A stretch of DNA of 61,370 bases from an uncultured Mycoplasmatota bacterium. GTDB lineage: Bacteria; Bacillota_I; Bacilli_A; RF39; UBA660. Position 1 is the stretch's first letter. Every line of letters begins with the position of its first letter. Below are positions 48,405 through 56,547 of this stretch, one piece after another. Location of the stretch: positions 1 through 61,370 of the forward strand of contig CANAXT010000003.1 of NCBI GenBank assembly GCA_947365915.1, in the 5' to 3' direction. A program made the position numbers and the translations under genes. Below the pieces are notes generated by a model that saw only the letters and a program-made list of their open reading frames with translations, did no database searches and had not been told where the DNA came from.

Positions 48405-50045
48405 TTAATTTCTTACAATACAAGTTTTTTCACAAAATACGATTGCATATTCTAAAATGTTTTTTACTTGATCTAGTTTTAATTCTTGATAGTATTCTTT
48501 TTCTTTCATTTGGTTTAAGGCCTTTATAGCTAATTCTTCCATCTCTTCTAATGTGCTCGCTATTTTAATTTCGATAATCATTCCAATACTTCTATCTATT
48601 CTTTCAATCAGTAAATCATATCTTCCAATTCCTGCTTCTCGATTTGATTTTACAATAAAGTTTTTGTTAATAAATCCAGTAAATAGTCCTAGTGCATAAC
48701 CATGATAAAACATTTCTTTGGCATCATGATAACTCATACTTAATAACTGCGCATTAATGTATTTTTCTATTTTTTCTTTTTCATTGTTTAAAAAGAACTT
48801 TAAGAAATGGACTTGTTTTTCTAAGTCTTCTTTATTGATAGTTTCTGTTATTATTTTTATGAATTCTTCTTTTACTTCTTTGTTTGGTATTTTAAAGTAA
48901 TTGATTGATTTATCGGTTAGTTCATCGTTAATGCTTTTGTCATATGTTAGGTACCCTGATGCAAGTAATAGGTTAAATATGACATGTTTATTGTTTATGT
49001 TATTTTGTAAATCTTGAAATGTAATCATGTTATCATAAGTAAATGATATACTTTCTCCTAGTATTAGTTTTTCAATTTCTATTTTGTTTTCTTCACTTGT
49101 TTCCTTTAATATTTGCTTAATTAAAGCATTATCCGAAGTATTAAACCAATAAGGAATGACTTTTTTATGCAGTGCATAGTTTAAGATACTCCATGGGTTA
49201 TAGATGGCTGTTCCTCCAAAATTATATCCGTTATAGTATTCTTTGATATTTTGGGTAAGTTCTAGTCCATAGTAGTTTAATAATTCTTTGGTTTCATCTT
49301 CGGTAAATCCAAAATATTCATTATATTGTTCACTCATGATATCAAATATTAATGGGTTATTAAATCCACTAAAGATACTTTCTTTACTGACTCTTGTAAT
49401 TCCTGTTAAGATTCCCATTTTTAGGTTTTCATTTCCTTTTAGGCTGCTTGAGAATACGCCTCTCATTAGGCTCATCACTTCTTCATATATATGATTGACA
49501 TAAGAGTTTGTAATTGGAGCATCATATTCGTCAATTAAGATAATGACTTTTTCTTTATGATATCTGAATAACCATAATGATAATAAGTTGATCGCTTGTG
49601 TGTAATCATCTTTGGTTGCTTGCTCGTTTTTTATTAATTCAAATTTTCTGTTTTCTGCTTCATTTAAAACTTCTTTGACATATTCTTTTTCTGTAAATAG
49701 TTTTGACATCATAATTTTAAATTGATTGAGTACTTCTTCATAAGTATTTCGTTTTAACTCTTTGAAATCTACATGAATGACTGGGTATTTAGAGCATTCT
49801 TTCATGTATTCTGATTTTTCAATATATAGTCCTTTAAATAGTTCTTTTTCTTTTTTATCAATGTTAAAAAAACTATCTAGCATAGAAAGTAATAGTGTTT
49901 TCCCGAATCTTCTAGGTCTAGGAAATAAAACGACTAGATTATTATTATATAGTATTTCTTCTATGACTTTTGTTTTATCTACATAATAATCGTTATTTTC
50001 AATTAATCGTCTAAAATTGTCTTCTCCTATTGGTATTGGTTTCAT
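48405..50045 (-). CDS. AAA-ATPase-like domain / PD-(D/E)XK nuclease (PDDEXK_9-type) protein, intact copy
   Basis: 546 aa starting 'MKPIPIGEDNF' (SD AGAGGTG). N-terminal P-loop-like 'PRRFGKTLLLS' and 'ILIDEYD'. C-terminal 'GIGRYDLLIE...IIEIK' nuclease core. Confidence 0.8.
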   Translation of the reverse strand: MKPIPIGEDNFRRLIENNDYYVDKTKVIEEILYNNNLVVLFPRPRRFGKTLLLSMLDSFFNIDKKEKELFKGLYIEKSEYMKECSKYPVIHVDFKELKRNTYEEVLNQFKIMMSKLFTEKEYVKEVLNEAENRKFELIKNEQATKDDYTQAINLLSLWLFRYHKEKVIILIDEYDAPITNSYVNHIYEEVMSLMRGVFSSSLKGNENLKMGILTGITRVSKESIFSGFNNPLIFDIMSEQYNEYFGFTEDETKELLNYYGLELTQNIKEYYNGYNFGGTAIYNPWSILNYALHKKVIPYWFNTSDNALIKQILKETSEENKIEIEKLILGESISFTYDNMITFQDLQNNINNKHVIFNLLLASGYLTYDKSINDELTDKSINYFKIPNKEVKEEFIKIITETINKEDLEKQVHFLKFFLNNEKEKIEKYINAQLLSMSYHDAKEMFYHGYALGLFTGFINKNFIVKSNREAGIGRYDLLIERIDRSIGMIIEIKIASTLEEMEELAIKALNQMKEKEYYQELKLDQVKNILEYAIVFCEKTCIVRN

Positions 50046-50121
50046 GGAATCACCTCTAATTTTATTATACGTGAATCTTTTCATTTTCACAAGATAAAAA
50101 AAAACGTTTCACACGTCTTCT

Positions 50122-50442
50122 TTAGCGTTTTACATATTGTGTTGGCTGCTCTAATGTTTCTTCTTTTTCAGTTAATAAATTTGATAGTTCTCTTAGTTCT
50201 TCTAAAGACATAGATTCTATTAGCATGCTAGCTGTATCGACTTGTTCTGCTTGTGCTACTATATGTTCATGTATGGCAGGAAATAGTGTGGCTTCTGATA
50301 TGGTTAAGCATAGAGATGATGCGAGTGTTGCTCCTGCTCCTATTCCTCCTTTTTTGATTCCATTTGCTGATGTTGTAGTTACTGGAGTTCCAACAGTTGA
50401 AAGTCCAGTTCCAAATGCAGTAGTAAATCCTAATGTTCCCAT
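50122..50442 (-). CDS. Small Gly/Thr/Ala-rich protein with an acidic helical C-terminus
   Basis: 106 aa starting 'MGTLGFTTAFGTGLS' (SD AAAGGAG lies inside the end of the upstream ORF). No family recognised. Confidence 0.45.
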   Translation of the reverse strand: MGTLGFTTAFGTGLSTVGTPVTTTSANGIKKGGIGAGATLASSLCLTISEATLFPAIHEHIVAQAEQVDTASMLIESMSLEELRELSNLLTEKEETLEQPTQYVKR

Positions 50443-50446
50443 ATTT

Positions 50447-51238
50447 TTATGCTCCTTTCTTTGTATATTGTTTTTGTTTTTCTGTTTCAATCGCTGTAAT
50501 CATTTCTCTCATTTGTCTTAATTGTTCTAATGTGGTAATACAAGATGCAATTTCTTCTTTTTTTGGTAGTGTTGTTTGTTCTAGTAATGGAGATATGGCT
50601 TTTCCCGCTTCTCCATATTTTTGAACACTTTTTTTGTTTTTTTGGTATTGTATTTTTTCTAGTTGTTCTTTTCTTATTTGAATTCTTAAAATATTATAGT
50701 TTTGTAGGTTGATACATTCAAAGTTGATTAGAACACTAACTCCTTGTAAGCATAGACAAATAAGTGCGATTAAGTTTGGTATTCCTGTAAATAATTGCAT
50801 TCCAATGATTGCGATGATACTTTTGATTCCATTTAAGATGATATCGTTTTGATGAATTTTTTTGTTTTGTTCTAGATAGTATAATGTTTGGTTTACGTTA
50901 TTCATATCTAAGTGATAATTCCTATTTTTTTCTTGAGCAATTTCTCTTCTAAATCTTAGTTTTTCTTTTTGATAGTAAGAGATGATCCATTTTTGTTCTT
51001 CTAGATTTTCTTTGGAATCTTCTTGCTTTTTCTTCCATCGTTTTGGAATGATTTTAGATATGAGACTTGTTTTGTTTAATGCTTTTTTTAATTTTCGATC
51101 TATCATTTTGTCATTTAAATGAATGGCTAGTTTGGTAAATGGTTTTAGTAGTTTATATTTGATTTTTTCTACTATAAATACCATTTTTTGAAATTGTCTA
51201 GCTCCACATCGCTCGTAAAATTCTAAACGCTCCATCAT
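50447..51238 (-). CDS. Hypothetical two-TM protein
   Basis: 263 aa. Central hairpin of two hydrophobic helices flanked by charged helical regions. Confidence 0.5.
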   Translation of the reverse strand: MMERLEFYERCGARQFQKMVFIVEKIKYKLLKPFTKLAIHLNDKMIDRKLKKALNKTSLISKIIPKRWKKKQEDSKENLEEQKWIISYYQKEKLRFRREIAQEKNRNYHLDMNNVNQTLYYLEQNKKIHQNDIILNGIKSIIAIIGMQLFTGIPNLIALICLCLQGVSVLINFECINLQNYNILRIQIRKEQLEKIQYQKNKKSVQKYGEAGKAISPLLEQTTLPKKEEIASCITTLEQLRQMREMITAIETEKQKQYTKKGA

Positions 51239-51314
51239 TTTTCCCCCTTTTTATTGATGGTTATGATAACACAAAAAAATGGATTCGTCAAATTTTGAAT
51301 CCATTGTGATGATT

Positions 51315-51947
51315 TTAGAATAGTAGTAGTGGTAAAATATAGAAAGTAACAAGTAGAGTTCCTGTAATGGTTGTTAAGAATACGTAAGGTAATTTATTTT
51401 TGTTTACGGTTGTTATTTCTGTCATATTTTGGTATAGAATGGTTAGATACAGTATTGTAGTTAAAACTATGATTAATAAAGCGAATTTGATGGAAATGAA
51501 TAGGAATAGTATGGTAATGAGCTCTAAAATTGTTGGGATGATCGATGTGATTCCAATCATTATAAATACAGTTTTTATGTCTAGTTTAGTTTTGCTGATT
51601 GGTCCTAGTAATAGGTACATAATGGTTCCTATCATGATTATGTTTACAATACTAAAGAATGTTCCTTGTAGGAATAGTTTTAAAAATTGGTTGTTTTGTG
51701 GTAAGAATGTGGTTAAAAAGTTGGTTGTTTCTTTTGTGATACTATAAAGTAGTATTCCTGATATGATGGCATTTATGAGTAATAGGATCAATGCGAATCC
51801 AAAGTTTTCTATTTTTGTGTTGTTTTTGATGGTATCAATTGGTTTTGTGAATATTTCTTTTGCGATGGTTGTAAATAAGTTTATGTAGTCTTTTTTACAG
51901 AGGTGTCCTTCTTCTAGTGGTTTCCCACATTTTGTACAATATTTCAT
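51315..51947 (-). CDS. Zinc-ribbon protein with a Yip1-like multi-TM domain
   Basis: 210 aa. N-terminal 'CTKCGKPLEEGHLC', then 4-5 TM helices. Confidence 0.6.
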   Translation of the reverse strand: MKYCTKCGKPLEEGHLCKKDYINLFTTIAKEIFTKPIDTIKNNTKIENFGFALILLLINAIISGILLYSITKETTNFLTTFLPQNNQFLKLFLQGTFFSIVNIIMIGTIMYLLLGPISKTKLDIKTVFIMIGITSIIPTILELITILFLFISIKFALLIIVLTTILYLTILYQNMTEITTVNKNKLPYVFLTTITGTLLVTFYILPLLLF

Positions 51948-51963
51948 TATTTTTTTCCTCCTT

Positions 51964-53040
51964 TTAATATCTAGAAAAGTAGTCTACTAAGTTATCCATA
52001 TCTATGATGTTGTCTGTTTGATAGGTTGCATTCATGTAAGTGTAGCTAGTTGATTCTTTGGTTTGTTGTATGTTGAAAAAGTCTGTATATTTTATTTGGT
52101 ATTTGTAGTTTGCTTTGAACCGAAATTCTAAGTATCCAAGTTCGTTTAGTTTGACGTTTTCTAGTGTGATTTTGGTAAATTCAATATTGGTTAATGTGTT
52201 GTAAGCGTTTTTTAAGTTGTCTTTTAGTTGGTTTTGTTTTTTTTCTAGATGTTTATTTTCTAATGGTGTTTCTTTTAGTATGCTGTCATAAAGGTTTGTT
52301 AGTTCTTTTTTGATTGTTTTTTCTATTTTGGTTTGTTCTTCTTTTTTGATCATGTCTAGTGAAAGGTGTGTTGTATATTTAGTTTTGTATGTATTTGGTG
52401 TGATTTCGTCTTCTATTGTGTACCCGTTTGGTAATGTGATTTCTATTTTTGTTGGTGCTTTTAGTACTTGGTTTAAGGTATAGATATCACTGTTGTCTGT
52501 TTTTTCTAGGTATTTTTTTTGTACTTTTTTTCCTGCGTATGTTATTTTTGAGTTTTTAGGTACAATGATTGAAAAGTCTTTTACGATGTTGTTTTCTATG
52601 TCGATTTTCCACTTTTTTAGGGATAAAAATGGTTGTTTTTTTAGGGTAATTGTTTCTTGGTTTGTTCCATATTGGATGGTTACGTTTGCTTGTGTTTTAT
52701 TGCGATTTACGTTTATGATTTTGAAGTCTTTGATGTTTGAATATGGTTTTGATAGGGATTTTATTGTGGTTTTGTTGATGAATGTTTTGTCTCCTTTGAT
52801 ATTTAAGTAGTGATTTATATTTTTTTGTTGTGTCATTGCTTTAAAGTAGTTTTTGGCGATTGTTTTTGGAGAGTTTAAATAGCTAAATAGTCCAATAGTA
52901 AGTATGATTACAGCTATTATTGAAGTTACAATTGTGATTGTTTTTTTTGTTTGTTTGTTTAGTTTTGTGTATTTTGTTCCACAGTTAGAACAGTATTTGT
53001 CTCCTTTGTTTTTTTGGGTTCCACATTTACTACAATACAT
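51964..53040 (-). CDS. Zinc-ribbon, single-TM protein with an extracytoplasmic domain
   Basis: 358 aa. 'YCSKCGTQ...YCSNCG', then TM 'ITIVTSIIAVIILTIGLF'. Confidence 0.6.
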   Translation of the reverse strand: MYCSKCGTQKNKGDKYCSNCGTKYTKLNKQTKKTITIVTSIIAVIILTIGLFSYLNSPKTIAKNYFKAMTQQKNINHYLNIKGDKTFINKTTIKSLSKPYSNIKDFKIINVNRNKTQANVTIQYGTNQETITLKKQPFLSLKKWKIDIENNIVKDFSIIVPKNSKITYAGKKVQKKYLEKTDNSDIYTLNQVLKAPTKIEITLPNGYTIEDEITPNTYKTKYTTHLSLDMIKKEEQTKIEKTIKKELTNLYDSILKETPLENKHLEKKQNQLKDNLKNAYNTLTNIEFTKITLENVKLNELGYLEFRFKANYKYQIKYTDFFNIQQTKESTSYTYMNATYQTDNIIDMDNLVDYFSRY

Positions 53041-53082
53041 GATGTACTCCTTTCATTGGTTTCGTTAAAAATAATTTTCTTG

Positions 53083-53111
53083 AAAACGGCGTTCTCAACG
53101 TACGCCGTTTT
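53083..53111. terminator. GC-rich hairpin terminator ~140 nt downstream of the pilin-like gene
   Basis: AAAACGGCG-11 nt-CGCCGTTTT. Confidence 0.6.
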
Positions 53112-53252
53112 CATATGTCTTTTTTTAGTTTTTTCAAATTAATATTATTTAATCTTCGTTGTTGTGTTCTTTCGTTCATGGTTGTCCGTGCTTTCGTTTT
53201 TTCTTCTTTTTTGGTACTCGTTTACAACAGAGAATTGCACACTCCGTAACGA

Positions 53253-54779
53253 TTAACCGAGCACTACCACCCGGAACGAGATATTACTGCCCGCAACACC
53301 ATTGCTCCAATTGAAGCAGAACACTCCTGCATCCGTCGTACCGCTATAATGCCCGCCACGCATGAACCAGGGAGCACCCGAAACGACGAAGAGGGCGTAA
53401 TCGGAATACCATCCGCTCGTCTCGCTTAGCGCATGTCCATAACATATTCCTGAGTTACATGCCGTTGTTGCATCTATACTTGTATAATTATCATAATACT
53501 TACTTGCTGGTAAACTACTAAATCCTGCATTCTTTATTGTACTATTATATACTCCCATTACGTATTCCCACGCTCCTCCACTCATATCATATACTCCATA
53601 TATTGTCCCACTTGTACTCGCGCCTGTTCCTCCTGGACTTACATTATATGCATTTGTACATGATGATACATTTCCTGAGCTTGGCGCTCCTGCACTACAC
53701 CCTGTTACATAGTTACTATTATTATTTATATATACTTCTTTGTTGGCTCCACTATAACTACTATTTCCATATTTTCCATATTTGCTTTGACTTAAGTATG
53801 CTACTGCTCCCCATTCACTATTCTTCATCATATGTGCATCCGCACTTGTACTTATTCCATATGAGTTCCCTGACGCACTGAATTTCTGCGCTGTTGCAAA
53901 CTGTGTACTTACATTTTGACTTCTTAGTGAATTTACATTTGGTTTTATCGTTGGGGTACTTGCACTTCCTGTTGTCTCAAATTTTCCTACCCATATTCCT
54001 GCTAATTCTTGTCCTCCGAAATTGAAAGCTGGATGAATGAGATAATTTGCAGTTGGGCTTGTCTTATCTTTTTTTATAAAGTTGACTTTGATTTCTCCTG
54101 GAGTTTCTGCTGTTCCTCCTGCATAGTTTGCTATATTCACATAATCATATTCATATCTTGGAATCCATACAAAATAGGCATCGATTTTGTCTTCTGGAAT
54201 TGGTGTTCCAACAGACACATTTCTGTAATCTGGAGCCACTGCTGCTGCATTTGCCCACATCCCTGTATTATAGTCATACCATTGATTATTTCCTGCTTCA
54301 TTGTTTTTATCAGCTCTAATCCAAGTTGTTCCATTCCATTTGATTGGGATTAATCCGTTTGATAGTGTTGGAACTTCTGCTCCTGATTTGTCCATATTTT
54401 CTGGTGGTTTTGTTTCTTTACAACTTGCTTCTGTATATTTGTAATCATATTGACTATATACTGCGTTATAACCAATTACCACACAACCATTCATGGTACT
54501 TTCATCTCTTGGGTCTTTGATTTCTTTTCCGGTTATGTATCCACCTTTTATGAGTTCTGTCAGTTCTAGATAATAGGCTCCACTTTCTGGTAACATACTG
54601 GCATGATCTACTCCCCATTTTCTTGCGTTTTCTTCAATTAATCCAACTTGTCTATCATATAATTTCTTTTTTGAATTTCTAATTGATTTATTGACATTTG
54701 GAAATATAATTAAGGCAATGAGTCCTAAAATGATAATCACACCTAATAGTTCTGTTAATGTAAAACCTTTTTTTTTCAT
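53253..54779 (-). CDS. Modular type IV pilin-like protein: prepilin N-terminus fused to an FGE-sulfatase/C-type-lectin-like domain
   Basis: Starts 'MKKKGFTLTELLGVIIILGLIAL' (class III signal, Glu+5) with SD AGGAGTG. C-terminal 'GGAWEYVMG ... RGG...ISFRVVVLG'. The upstream 34 codons in the ORF track lack support. Confidence 0.7.
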   Translation of the reverse strand: MKKKGFTLTELLGVIIILGLIALIIFPNVNKSIRNSKKKLYDRQVGLIEENARKWGVDHASMLPESGAYYLELTELIKGGYITGKEIKDPRDESTMNGCVVIGYNAVYSQYDYKYTEASCKETKPPENMDKSGAEVPTLSNGLIPIKWNGTTWIRADKNNEAGNNQWYDYNTGMWANAAAVAPDYRNVSVGTPIPEDKIDAYFVWIPRYEYDYVNIANYAGGTAETPGEIKVNFIKKDKTSPTANYLIHPAFNFGGQELAGIWVGKFETTGSASTPTIKPNVNSLRSQNVSTQFATAQKFSASGNSYGISTSADAHMMKNSEWGAVAYLSQSKYGKYGNSSYSGANKEVYINNNSNYVTGCSAGAPSSGNVSSCTNAYNVSPGGTGASTSGTIYGVYDMSGGAWEYVMGVYNSTIKNAGFSSLPASKYYDNYTSIDATTACNSGICYGHALSETSGWYSDYALFVVSGAPWFMRGGHYSGTTDAGVFCFNWSNGVAGSNISFRVVVLG

Positions 54780-54803
54780 TTGGTTCACTCCTATTCTTAT
54801 TTC

Positions 54804-54832
54804 ATTATAGTATAAATTTTTAATTTCAGCAA
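54804..54832 (-). promoter_or_regulatory. Promoter of the pilin-like gene
   Basis: Minus strand reads TTGCTG, 17 nt, TATAAT. Confidence 0.5.
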
Positions 54833-54841
54833 TATATTTTA

Positions 54842-54863
54842 CAAAAAAAAGAGGCTTCCCTCT
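54842..54863 (-). terminator. Terminator after the small peptide genes
   Basis: On the minus strand, AGAGG-GAAG-CCUCU followed by U8. Confidence 0.55.
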
Positions 54864-54865
54864 TT

Positions 54866-55000
54866 TTAGTAAAAGAAACATGAACCTAGTATGATTGCAA
54901 GTAAGATGTAAAGTACAATGATAATTACAAATCCGTTGTTATTGTTGCAGCAGTAGTTTTGTGTTGATCCTACGTTATTGCAAGAATTGTTGCATGCCAT
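54866..55000 (-). CDS. YjcZ-like small hydrophobic peptide (44 aa)
   Basis: Not in the ORF track. AAAAGGAGG SD then ATG. Encodes MACNNSCNNVGSTQNYCCNNNNGFVIIIVLYILLAIILGSCFFY: a Cys/Asn-rich head plus one TM helix. Confidence 0.6.
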   Translation of the reverse strand: MACNNSCNNVGSTQNYCCNNNNGFVIIIVLYILLAIILGSCFFY

Positions 55001-55023
55001 AATTGACACCTCCTTTTAAAATA

Positions 55024-55110
55024 TTAAATATAAGCTCCAAGTATAATAATTAAAAGTATGAATAGTACTAAAACGATAGCAGCTCCGCTTACACCTGTAT
55101 TGTTACACAT
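55024..55110 (-). CDS. YjcZ-like small hydrophobic peptide (28 aa)
   Basis: Not in the ORF track. AAAAGGAGG SD then ATG. Encodes MCNNTGVSGAAIVLVLFILLIIILGAYI. Confidence 0.55.
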   Translation of the reverse strand: MCNNTGVSGAAIVLVLFILLIIILGAYI

Positions 55111-55190
55111 ATGTCATTCCTCCTTTTTTATCTTTCACATTATTTTATGGAAAAATAAAATATATGTGATTACTTCTTTATAAATTCTTG

Positions 55191-55208
55191 TTTTTTTTTT
55201 TTTTTTTT
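55191..55208. repeat. Homopolymeric T18 tract in a divergent promoter region
   Basis: Counted directly: 18 consecutive T. Lies between a TTG-containing -35-like element and the TATAAT at 55217-55222. Confidence 0.9.
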
Positions 55209-55265
55209 GATATGATTATAATTGTTTGGTGGTTATATGCCATTGATTTTGAAAGGAGAACAAGA

Positions 55266-56234
55266 ATGAAGAAAAAGTTGTTAATAATTAGTCTTTGTGG
55301 CGCTATGTTGATGATGACTGGTTGTGGGAAAGTACCAAAGCTAAAAAATGGTGAGGAGGTTGCTGCTTCTATTGATGGAAAGAAGTTTACTGCCAATGAT
55401 TTATTTGATGAAATGAAGCAATATTATGGAACCAGTATTTTGGTTGATATGATTGATAGTTATATTGCGAATAAAGAGGTTAAAGATAGTGATGAGGCAA
55501 ATCAATATGCGGATTCTCAAATTAAGCAGTTAAAGCAGCAATATGAGTCTGGAAATATGAAGTTTGAGGATGCTTTAGTGAATGCTGGATTTAAGGATGA
55601 AAAAGCGTATAAAGATTATGTGATCTTAAGTTATAAAAAAGATAAAGTTGTTGAAAAATATTTAGAAAATGAGCTAACAAAGGAAGAAATTCAAAAACAT
55701 TATGATGAAGAGATTTTTGGTGAAATCACTGCTCAACATATTTTAATTAAACCTGATGTTGCTGATGATGCTACTGAGGAGCAAAAGGAAGAAGCTGAAA
55801 AGAAAGCAAAAGAAAAGGCGGAAGAGTTAATTAAAAAGATCAATGATGGCGAAGATTTTGGTAAGTTAGCTAAGGAAAATTCTGATGATGAAGGTACTGC
55901 TAGTGAAGGTGGAAAGTTAACGTTTTCTAAAGATCAAGTAGTCAGTGAGTTCTGGGAAGCTGCGAATAAGTTAAAAGACAAAGAAGTTTCTAAAGAACCT
56001 GTAAAAAGTACTTATGGATATCATATTATTTTAAAAAATAGTCAAAAAGAAAAACCAAAATTAAAAGATGTTGAAAGTGATATTAAGGATACTTTAGTTG
56101 CAAATAAAATCAGTGCGGATCAACAGATAAAAGACAAAACTTGGGTTAAGGTTCGTGAAAAATACAAATTAAAGATTGAAGATTCTTCTATTAATAAGAT
56201 TTATAAAAACACTGTAAAAAGCTTAGAAAAATAA
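55266..56234 (+). CDS. prsA: PrsA-like foldase lipoprotein (parvulin-type peptidyl-prolyl isomerase)
   Basis: Starts 'MKKKLLIISLCGAMLMMTGCGK' (lipobox) with SD AAAGGAG. Parvulin core 'AQHILIK...STYGYHIIL'. Confidence 0.85.
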   Translation: MKKKLLIISLCGAMLMMTGCGKVPKLKNGEEVAASIDGKKFTANDLFDEMKQYYGTSILVDMIDSYIANKEVKDSDEANQYADSQIKQLKQQYESGNMKFEDALVNAGFKDEKAYKDYVILSYKKDKVVEKYLENELTKEEIQKHYDEEIFGEITAQHILIKPDVADDATEEQKEEAEKKAKEKAEELIKKINDGEDFGKLAKENSDDEGTASEGGKLTFSKDQVVSEFWEAANKLKDKEVSKEPVKSTYGYHIILKNSQKEKPKLKDVESDIKDTLVANKISADQQIKDKTWVKVREKYKLKIEDSSINKIYKNTVKSLEK

Positions 56235-56274
56235 TTCTAAGTTTTTTTTAAGCTTCCATTTTATTTATAAGACT

Positions 56275-56502
56275 TTAACCAAGGTTGTCTTTATATTTCC
56301 ATACTCCAGTTGATTTCACTTTTATTAAGAACATTTCACTCATTTTTTTACCACCATTTACTGTTTCTAATAATTTTATATCTTCAATAAATTTATCAAA
56401 ATCAGATATAAATAATTCATCTTGTTTTTTCTTAAATTTATCATATTCTTTATAGGCCAATTCTTGAGCCACCTTGTGAGATATTGTCCCTGAATTATGC
56501 AA
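56275..56502 (-). pseudogene. RhuM-family C-terminal fragment
   Basis: 'GTISHKVAQELAYKEYDKFKKKQDELFISDFDKF' parallels the C-terminus of the neighbouring copy ('GKVSHEEALNHAKKEYNKYKNR'). Confidence 0.55.
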
Positions 56503-56547
56503 TATATTCGAGAGAACCTGTTCATATATCTAATCCAAATAACGCAA

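Noticed and set aside
6292-50090. The two direct-repeat AAA/PD-(D/E)XK genes as ends of a composite mobile element or island
   Set aside because: The ~40-kb interior is dominated by core housekeeping genes (prs, aspS, hisS, topA, folD, rnj). There is no transposase, integrase or terminal inverted repeat. These are paralogs, not IS elements.
53041-53252. A-rich 3' UTR of the pilin-like gene as a possible DGR template repeat
   Set aside because: Attempted by-eye alignment with the GC-rich 3' coding segment found only a 7-mer match (CATGAAC, in reverse orientation). It is not a TR, and no RT ORF is in the window.
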